Shown here: one piece after another, positions 54,197 through 64,000 of the stretch
Layout of the letters: each line of letters starts with the position of its first letter
Numbering within the stretch: position 1 is the stretch's first letter
Source: Eledone cirrhosa
Taxonomy: Eukaryota
NCBI GenBank assembly: GCA_964016885.1
Contig: OZ024740.1
Location: 420,360,001 to 420,424,000 of the forward strand
Reading direction: 5' to 3'
DNA: 64,000 nt
Made by a program: the position numbers and the translations under genes
The notes under the pieces: generated by a model
The model's input: the letters and a program-made list of their open reading frames with translations, nothing else
Databases searched by the model: none
Told to the model about the DNA's origin: nothing

Positions 54197-54733
54197 ATAT
54201 GAGAGACGTAAAATAAGAAAATTATAAAATTAACTTACTTACTAAAATATCACTTCCAACTAATTAGTTTCTGGAATGGAATAAATATATTTTCCGAAGA
54301 AAATACAGAGAATCATTCCGTCGTCAGGGAAGACTATTCTCATCTAAGTATCCAGGCAAAGCGTGGACTCTGGAAACTTATTAAAAAATAATTCAGTGGT
54401 TAGAAAATAGCAAAGCGTGGACTGAATTCCTAGCCATTGAGAAAATCACTGCCTCTTCGTCGGTGGCAAATTCAAAAAGAATCAATCACGTGACATCGAG
54501 GTCAATCAGTGGAAAGTGGTTTGCTAATAAGACAGCGGCCTGCCTGCTACCATAGCAGCAGTCATGGCCAATATTGCTCGACAAATAATTTGGAGATAAT
54601 TATAAAGAATTAATATCTAGTAACATATATATACATACAGATGCATATCAATCCTAGCAAATATATAAGTTTTGTCTTAGTAACTTTGTGGTTCAATGCA
54701 TGGGGTTGTAGAACAATAATATGAGAGACGTAA
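54197..54733 (-). mobile_element. 522-nt non-coding hammerhead monomer with a 15-nt terminal direct repeat (retrozyme-like)
   Basis: atatgagagacgtaa at 54197 and 54719; no ORF; TA flanks. Confidence 0.78.
54253..54332 (-). ncRNA. Hammerhead with extended stem II capped by cUUCGg
   Basis: cttcc CTGACGA cggaatg..tgtattttcTTCGgaaaatata..cattcca GAAAC taatta GTT ggaag. Confidence 0.82.
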
Positions 54734-54747
54734 TATATATATATATA

Positions 54748-54813
<66 letters not shown>

Positions 54814-54859
54814 ATATATTAATATATATATATATATATTAATATATATATATATATAT

Positions 54860-56853
54860 AATAGTTGCTGAGATGCTGAAGGCATCTGGCACGGTGGGAC
54901 ACACCATGGTCACCCGCATAGTTAACCAAGTCGTACAGAATGGGGTTGTTCCGAAGGACTGGCATAGCAGCATCATCGTTAACTGTTATAAGGGTAAAGG
55001 AGACGCCCTAGATAGGAGTAACTATAGAGGCATTAAATTAATCGACCAGGTCATGAAGGTCACGGAAAAAGTAATAGCACAACTAATCAGAGAGAGAATT
55101 GACCTAGATGAAATGCAGTTCGGGTTTGTGTCAGGCAAAAGTACCACAGACGCTCTTTTCATTGTACGACAACTATAGGAGAAGTACCTAGCTAAAGGTA
55201 AACCCCTCTACTTAGCTTTTGTCGACTTGGAGAAAGCCTTCGACAGAGTCCCCCGCTCCATTATCTGGTGGGCTCTTAGAAAACTAGGCGTTGACGAATG
55301 GCTTGTGAGAGCTATACAAGCCATGTATAAAGAAACAGTCAGCAAGGTTAGAATTAACAACGAATATAGTGAAGAGTTTAGCGTAAAAGTTGGTGTCCAT
55401 CAGGGCTCTGTTCTTAGCCCCCTACTATTTATTATTGCCCTTCAGGCTATAACAGAGGAGTTCAAGACCGGCTGCCCATGGGAACTCCTATACGCAGACG
55501 ACCTGACACTCATAGCGGAATCAATGGCCGAGCTAGAGAAGAAATTCCAAACATGGAAGCACGGCCTAGAATCAAAAGGCCTTAAAATTAACCTGGCTAA
55601 GACTAAAGTTCTAGTTTGTAGGAAAGAAAATAAGGTGGCGGTCCCTTCTGGGAAATGGTCGTGCTCGGTGTGTAGGAAAGGCGTAGGTAGAAACTCCATT
55701 TTATGTCCTAAATGCAAAGTATGGGTGCATAAAAGATGTAGTGGGATCACAGGTAAGCTAACTAAGAACATAGATTTTACATGTGGCCGGTGCTCTGGTG
55801 CAATAAGTAGCAGCAAGTGCCCACAAAATACTAGCTCTTTCAATTGCGCAGAGGGTTCTATAGAAATAGTGGACAGTTTCCGTTACCTGGGTGATAAAAT
55901 CAGCAGTGGGGGAGGGTGCTCTGAAAGTACAGTAGCTAGAGTCAGAACTGGTTGGAAAAAGTTCAGAGAGCTTATACCACTATTAGCTGCTAAAGGGTTC
56001 TCCCTAAAAATGAAAGGCAGGTTGTACGATGCCTGCATACGAACAGCAATGTTGCATGGCAGTGAGACCTGGGCATTGTGTGCAGAGGATATACGCAGAC
56101 TAGAGAGGAACGAAGCTTGCATGCTCCGCTGGATGTGTAACAGTAATATACGTGAACGGCAAAGCATAAACGAACTAAGGAAAAAATTAGAAATAAGAGG
56201 GATCAGATGTTGTTTACTTGAGAGAAGGAGGCTACGTTGGTATGGACACGTGATGCGCATGAAAGTCGATAGCTGTATAACAAAGTGCAGGGCAATAAAG
56301 ATAGACGGTAGCCACGGAATAGGCAGACCTAGAAAAACCTGGGACGAGCTGATAAACTCCGACCTCACACACTTACACCTCTCCAAGACAATGTCACTGG
56401 ACCGAGACCTTTGGCGGTACTCAGTAACAGAGAAGACCCGCCTTACCTAAATACATAGTAAAACCTACTACAGCCAATAGGCATCTCTAACAAAATACCA
56501 CCCCCCCCCCGTCCCACATCCCCACCCCATCCACACCACCCCGTTCTATGTAAAGTTGTGTTGGTGCCACACCATCCAGGCCGAAACAAATGAGATCGTG
56601 TAGGTGTCACGACAAAAAATCACACAGTCCACGCTGTAATGTGGCCGTGTAGACAACACGGTAAAAACCTCCCAGACCCACACTGTAAATGTGGTTGGTG
56701 TTAGGAAGGGCATCCAACTGTAGAAAACCTGCCAGACAGTCCTATGCGAGCAAGACAATCACTCTTGCCTCAAGTGGGACTACCCCCGTCCAAACCCATG
56801 CAAGCGTGGAACACAGACGTTAAACGTTGATGATGATGATGATGATGATGATG
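54860..56853 (+). mobile_element. 5'-truncated RTE LINE
   Basis: ORFs 54873-55178 (premature TAG) and 55227-56450; (TGA)n tail; TA flanks. Confidence 0.95.
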
Positions 56854-56934
56854 ATATATATATTAATATATATATATATATACCTATATATATATTAATA
56901 TATATATATATATATTAATATATATATATATATA

Positions 56935-57036
<102 letters not shown>

Positions 57037-57038
57037 TA

Positions 57039-57085
<47 letters not shown>

Positions 57086-57319
57086 TAATATATATATATT
57101 TCGTTTCTGAATTTGTTTAGCAAGATTCTTTATCTGAAATCGTGTTTTGAAACCGATATTGTTATACTTTGGGAGGATCATGTTGCCAATAAGAAACACA
57201 CGCACCAGTTGCTTTCACTTCAATTTATTATATATTTATAAATTTATAAATTTACAAATCTACAAACTTATAAATTTCTGGTTGGTTGGTTGGTTCCACA
57301 ACCAGATAGTTGTTTATAT

Positions 57320-57366
57320 AGTTCATAGTCCTTTCGTCACACACTCTGTGACCTCTTCAGTGACTG
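57320..57366 (-). ncRNA. Minimal hammerhead in the PLE 3' UTR
   Basis: cagtca CTGAAGA ggtcacagagtgtgtgac GAAA g ga CTA tgaact; short stem I. Confidence 0.62.
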
Positions 57367-57558
57367 GGGATTCCATTCTTTGTTTCTGTGCCTTTCCTTT
57401 CTTCTGTCCTACGCCATTTTGTTTCTGTGTGTGTGTTGTGAGCTCAGTTTGCGCATGCGCCACATCCGGGTGTCTGTGTGTGTTTGTGTTCATTTATCTA
57501 TTTGTTTATTTATTTACATGTTGTTTGTTCTATGTGTGTGTGTGTTTTCATTTTGTCC

Positions 57559-58186
57559 TTAATTGTAAGTTGTGATGTTGCTGTTCCACTCATATTTTCT
57601 ATTTAATTTTGGTTGTAATTCTTTTATGCTTACTGACTCTGTAATTTGCCTAAACATTGCATCTTTTCTGTGTGTGGATTCTATTTTTATTTCTATGTTC
57701 TCTAATTTACCCTTGTGTTCTATCTTAGCATGTTGGTAGAGTACAGATGATTCTTTATTATCTTGAAGGTCTCGCCAGTGTTCATTTATCCGTTCCCCTA
57801 TACTACGAGCTGTCTCACCTATGTACACTATATTTTTGTTTCTACATTGTCCTTCAGTACATCTTATGCTATACACTACATTTCTAGTTTTACAGTTAAT
57901 ATGGGGGCTTATTTTACAGGTTATACATTTCTTATCTATACATGAGGGTCTTTGGAACGGGTATGTCTTGCTAATAAGTGTTTTTACGGAGGTACCTGGT
58001 CTTTCTACTATCTTAATATTGAGTTTATGTTTATTTAGGGCCCTTCTAAATTTGTAGGCTAGTTCGCCTCTAGGGTTTGTATTGATGAACATTACACTCT
58101 GGTATTTATTGCTATCATACCATGAGTTTATTCTATTGGCCTTGTTCCTAGTTCTTTCTACTCTATTCCAAAATTTGCTCCTATAC
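57559..58186 (-). pseudogene. GIY-YIG endonuclease domain of a PLE (RT missing)
   Basis: VVY-x-YIG motif with conserved R, H, E and N residues. Confidence 0.88.
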
Positions 58187-58191
58187 ACCTG

Positions 58192-58231
<40 letters not shown>

Positions 58232-58738
58232 TGCTACTGTACGTCTGTATACATATATGTATGTACGTATACATACATACTTACATTTAAGTAAGTGCCG
58301 TACTAAGAGTGAGAAATGAAATTTCGTTTTCATTTTATTACAACTTATCGTTCTCGGTACGCCTGGCCGAACTCACTCGATATGCAAATTAGGCTGCTCA
58401 GCCGTTAATTTTCATAAGGAAAGTATATACTTTCGAACGTTCAACCATCTGGCAGAAGGGTATACGGTGCTGATGATAGCTAACAAGCTTGAAACTAGTA
58501 CATCGTTCCTGTGTCAGTGTTGAACAAAAAGGTGACGTGGTTGCCTTAACACCGTATGGCATAAATTCAGGCTGTTCAGTTTGTTTACAAACGGACAAAG
58601 CGGGCGTTATAATAAGCGTCCGCTAAACTGATACGTACATATATGTATGTGTACCTGTATGTATATATATATATATATATGCATGCTACTGTACGTCTGT
58701 ATACATATATGTATGTACGTATACATACATACTTACAT
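58187..58738 (+). mobile_element. Third copy of the 517-nt retrozyme-like element (monomer plus terminal redundancy); hammerhead at 58464-58506
   Basis: Homologous to 49871-50416 and ends at the same catacttacat. Confidence 0.85.
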
Positions 58739-58818
58739 ATATATGTATTAATATATATATATTTATATATATTAATATATATTTATATATATATTAATAT
58801 ATATTTATATATATATTA

Positions 58819-58850
<32 letters not shown>

Positions 58851-58861
58851 ATTTATATATA

Positions 58862-60650
58862 TCATCATCATCATCATCATCATCGTTTAACGTCCCTGTT
58901 CCACGCTTGCATGGGTTTGGACAGGGGTTTTCCCACTTGAGGCAAGAGTGTCTTGCTCGCATAGGACTGTCTGGCGGGTTTTCTACAGCTGGATGCCCTT
59001 CCTAACACCAACCACATTTACAGTGTGGGACTGGGAGGTTTTTACCGTGTTGCCTACACGGTCACATTACAGCGTGGACTGTGTGTTTTTTTGTCGTGAC
59101 ACCTACATGATCTCGTTTGTTTCGGCCTGGATGTTGTGGCACCAACATAACTTTGCATTGAAGGGGGCGGTGTGGATGGGGTGGGACGGGGGTGTATTTT
59201 GTTAGAGATGCCTACTGACTAGTAGGTTTTACTTTGTATTTAGGTAAGGCGTGTCTTCTCTGTTACTGAGTACCGCCAAAGGTCTCGGTCCAGTGACATT
59301 GTCTTGGAGAGGTGTAAGTGTGTGAGGTCGGAATTTATCAGCTCGTCCCAGGTTTTTTGGGGTCTGCCTACTCCGTGGCTACCATCTATCTTTATTGCCC
59401 TGCACTTTGTTATACAGCTGTCATCTTTCATGCGCATCACGTGACCATACCAACGTAGCCTTCTCTCGAGTAAACAACATCTGATCCCTCTTATTTCTAA
59501 TTTTTTCCTTAGTTCGTTTATGCTTTGCCGTTCACGTATATTACTATTACACATCCAACGAAGCATGCAAGCTTCGTTCCTCTCTAGTCTGCGTATATCC
59601 TCTGCACACAATGCCCAGGTCTCACTGCCATGCAACATTGCTGTTCGTATGCAGGCATCATACAACCTGCCTTTCATTTTTAGGGAGAACCCTTTAGCGG
59701 CTAATAGTAGTATAAGCTCTCTGAACTTTTTCCATCCAGTTCTGACTCTAGCTACTGTACTTTCAGAGCACCCTCCCCCACTGCTGATTTTGTCACCCAG
59801 GTAACGGAAGCTGTCCTCTATTTCTATAGAACCCTCTGCGCAATTGAAAGAGCTAGTATTTTGTGGGCACTTGCTGCTACTTATTCCACCAGAGCACCGG
59901 CCACATGTAAAATCTGTGTTCTTAGTTAGCTTACCTGTGATCCCACTACATCTTTTATGCACCCATACTTTGCATTTGGGACATAAAATGGAGTTTCTAC
60001 CTACGCCTTTCCTACACACTGAGCATGGCCATTTCCCGGAGGGGACCGGCGCCTTATTTTCTTTCCTACAAACTAGAACTTTAGTCTTAGTCAGGTTAAT
60101 TTTAAGGCCTTTTGATTCTAGGCCATGCTTCCATGTTTGGAATTTCTTCTCTAGCTCGGCCATTGATTCAGCTATGAGCGTTAGATCATCTGCGTATAGG
60201 AGTTCCCATGGGCAGCCGGTCTTGAACTCCTCTGTTATAGCCTGAAGGGCAATAATAAATAGTAGGGGGCTAAGAACAGAGCCCTGATGGACACCAACTT
60301 TTACGCTAAACTCTTCACTATATTCGTTGTTAATTCTAACCTTACTGACTGTTTCTTTATACATGGCTTGTATAGCTCTCACAAGCCATTCGTCAACACC
60401 TAGTTTTCTAAGAGCCCACCAGATAATGGAACGGGGGACTCTGTCGAAGGCTTTCTCCAAGTCGACAAAAGCTAATTATAGGGGTTTACTTTTAGCTAGG
60501 TACTTCTCCTGTAGTTGTCGTACAATGAAAAGAACGTCTGTGGTACTTTTGCCTGACACAAACCCGAATTGCATTTCATCTAGATCAATTCTCTCTCTGA
60601 TTAGTTGCGCTATTACTTTTTCCGTGACCTTCATGACCTGGTCGATTAAT
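58862..60650 (-). mobile_element. 5'-truncated RTE LINE
   Basis: ORF 59240-60460, 3' UTR, (CAT)n; TA flanks. Confidence 0.95.
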
Positions 60651-60651
60651 T

Positions 60652-60704
<53 letters not shown>

Positions 60705-60726
60705 ATATTTATATATATTAATATAT

Positions 60727-60789
<63 letters not shown>

Positions 60790-60811
60790 TATATATATAT
60801 AAATATATATT

Positions 60812-60867
<56 letters not shown>

Positions 60868-60952
60868 AATATATATAAATATATATATAAATATATATAA
60901 ATATATATATATATTTATATAAATATATATATATATTTATATAAATATATAT

Positions 60953-61482
60953 AAAATATTAAAAAAATAATGAATAAAACAATGAAACAGTTCCTTATAT
61001 TAAACAAAAAAAGTTCATTATTTAACGATCGTTTCTAGGACATATATGTGTTAGAATTGGCATGCATATTCAACAGATCTATGTACAAAATTATACAAAC
61101 TATCAAATATAATATACATACCAACACATACATATGCCGTCTTCTGAAGACGGCATATGTATGTGTTGGTATGTATATTATATTTGATAGTTTGTATAAT
61201 TTTGTATAATTTTGTATATAGATCTGTTGAATATGCATGCCAATTCTAACACATATATGTCCTAGAAACGATCGTTAAATAATGAACTTTTTTTGTTTAA
61301 TATAAGGAACTGTTTCATTGTTTTATTCATTATTTTTTTAACATTTTATCTTGACTCTGTATTCCGTTTATCTTTCACCGAAAGTGATTTTTGAATGCAT
61401 CTCTTCTTTCCATGATATCCGGATTACATTGAGTTCTTCATACGGATTGGACACTACCGTAAACTTTTGGTAGATTTATCTA
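60953..61482 (+). mobile_element. Fold-back terminus of PLE family A/B: arms of about 190 bp around T61145 plus 140-nt tail
   Basis: ...gccgtcttc T gaagacggc...; right side runs to ttggtagatttatcta and then (TA)n. Confidence 0.88.
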
Positions 61483-61539
61483 TATAAATATATATATATA
61501 TTTATATATATATATATATATTTATATATATTAATATAT

Positions 61540-61596
<57 letters not shown>

Positions 61597-61633
61597 AATA
61601 TATATATATTAATATATATATATATTAATATAT

Positions 61634-61666
<33 letters not shown>

Positions 61667-61807
61667 AATATATATATATTAATATATATATATATTAATA
61701 TATATATATATATATTAATATATATATTTATATATATATATATATTAATATATATATATATATATTAATATATATATATATATATTAATATATATATATA
61801 TATATTA

Positions 61808-61840
<33 letters not shown>

Positions 61841-61875
61841 ATATATATTAATATATATATATATATATAAATATA

Positions 61876-61909
<34 letters not shown>

Positions 61910-61940
61910 TATATATATATATATTAATATATATATTAAT

Positions 61941-62586
61941 ATCATCATCATCATCATCATCAACGTTTAACGTCCGTGTTCCACGCTTGCATAGGTTTGG
62001 ACGGGGGTAGTCCCACTTGAGGCAAGAGTGATTGTCTTGCTCGCATAGGACTGTCTGGCAGGTTTTCTACAGTTGGATGCCCTTCCTAACACCAACCACA
62101 TTTACAGTGTGGGTCTGGGAGGTTTTTACCGTGCTGCCTACACGGCCACATTACAGCGTGGACTGTGTGTTTTTTTGTCGTGACACCTACACGATCTCAT
62201 TTGTTTCGGCCTGGATGGCGCGGCACCAACATAACTTTACATAGAACGGGATGGTGTGGATGGGGTGGGGGTGGTGGTGGGACGGGGGTGTATTTTGTTA
62301 GAGATGCCTACTGGCAAGGCGGGTCTTCTCTGTTACTGAGTACCGCCAAAGGTCTCGGTCCAGTGACATTGTCTTGGAGAGGTGTAAGTGTGTGAGGTCG
62401 GAGTTTATCAGCTCGTCCCAGGTTTTTCTAGGTCTGCCTATTCCGTGGCTACCGTCTATCTTTATTGCCCTGCACTTTGTTATACAGCTATCGACTTTCA
62501 TGTCCATACCAACGTAGCCTTCTCTCGAGTAAACAACATCTGATCCCTCTTATCTCTAATTTTTTCCTTAGTTCGTTTATGCTTTA
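61941..62586 (-). mobile_element. Short RTE LINE 3' fragment with small deletions
   Basis: (CAT)n, 3' UTR and the last ~90 codons; stop-codon region deleted at about 62314. Confidence 0.93.
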
Positions 62587-62634
62587 ATATATATATATAT
62601 ATATATATTAATATATATATATATATATATATTA

Positions 62635-62670
<36 letters not shown>

Positions 62671-62701
62671 TTATATATATATATATATTTATATATATAT
62701 T

Positions 62702-62734
<33 letters not shown>

Positions 62735-62957
62735 ATATATATATTAATATATATATACATTTATATATATATATTAATATATATATATATTTATATATAT
62801 ATATTAATATATATATATATATATTTACATATATATATATATATATTAATATATATATATATATATTAATATATATATATATATATTAATATATATATAT
62901 ATATATTAATATATATATATATATATTAATATATATATATATATATTAATATATATT

Positions 62958-63008
<51 letters not shown>

Positions 63009-63023
63009 ATATATATATTAATA

Positions 63024-63292
63024 TATACGATATTAAACAAATGGAAACTATATTTATAAAACCATATTTATTTCATTATACATATTTCAGGGATACCATA
63101 TTAAAAATATGGCATGCCTTTGTCAGATAAAATACAATATATAAACAGTTTTATAAATAATTTTGACGTACTATAAATATAAGCGACCATTAAGATAGGA
63201 GGCTGGCTTGGTAGTGAAGTGTTTATTATTTAGTTATAGTGTTAAGCACAGTTAGAAAAAAAGACGGAGAAAAAGAAGAAATGGATGTAAAT
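63024..63292 (-). mobile_element. Tail-less 3' fragment of PLE family C with a mutated hammerhead (63069-63134, core CTGACAA)
   Basis: Homologous to 8423-8680. Confidence 0.82.
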
Positions 63293-63293
63293 A

Positions 63294-63335
<42 letters not shown>

Positions 63336-64000
63336 TATATATATATATATATATATATATTAATATATATATATATATATATTAATATATATATATATAT
63401 ATATATATATTAATATATATATATATATATATATTAATATATATATATATATATATTAATATATATATATATATATATATATATTAATATATATATATAT
63501 ATATATATATATTAATATATATATATATATATATATTAATATATATATTAATATATATATATTTATATATATATATATATATATTAATATATATATATAT
63601 ATATATTAATATATATATATTTATATATATATTTATATATATATATTAATATATATATATATATATTAATATATATATATATTAATATATATATATTTAT
63701 ATATATATATTAACATATATATATATATATTAATATATATATATTTATATATATATTAATATATATATATTTATATATATATATATATTAATACATATAT
63801 ATATATATATTAATATTTATATATATATTAATATATATATATATATATTAATACATATATATATATATATATTAATATATATATATATTAATATATATAT
63901 ATATATATATATATATAGTAATAATAATAAAACATTGCCAGAGAACGTCTCGATGCACCACCTAAGAGAACATTAGTCTACGACCTCTTTTATACCATAA

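Larger units (their letters stand above)
57098..58186 (-). mobile_element. 5'-truncated PLE of a different (non-Naiad) type: Cys-rich linker + GIY-YIG, 3' UTR with hammerhead
   Basis: 209-aa ORF: C..KCITC..C..NVVYSIRC...C..VYIGETARS..R..EH..H..H..E..LN. Confidence 0.88.

Noticed and set aside
63069-63134. Active hammerhead
   Set aside because: CTGACAA gives a C3·A8 mismatch without compensation; treated as a decayed copy

Overview
Animal genomic DNA, most likely an octopus (inferred from the tRNA-derived SINE families, RTE LINEs with (ATG)n tails and extreme TA/CA content). No host gene is confidently identifiable. Bases 1-8.1 kb hold a 29-bp minisatellite, old SINEs, piggyBac-type MITEs and RTE relics. 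From about 8.1 kb to the end, the window is essentially one expanded (TA)n locus packed with retroelements inserted into TA tracts. It contains a 24-kb head-to-tail array of a Penelope-like element (PLE, Naiad-type; three intact RT + GIY-YIG ORFs) nested inside a related PLE. It also holds other PLE fragments, seven RTE LINE copies (one full length, RT with a PHD-like finger) and several small non-coding elements. Manual reading finds about 20 type I hammerhead ribozyme motifs from about 9 sequence families. These include two U3-A8 core variants, hammerheads with 50-115-nt stem II arms opened by a C·A pair, and 400-520-nt retrozyme-like monomers. The best candidate for a new system is this TA-targeting PLE/retrozyme community. 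Its members carry their own target repeat, end at two reproducible termini, and form fold-back or back-to-back chimeric insertions. All folds were derived by eye, not computed.
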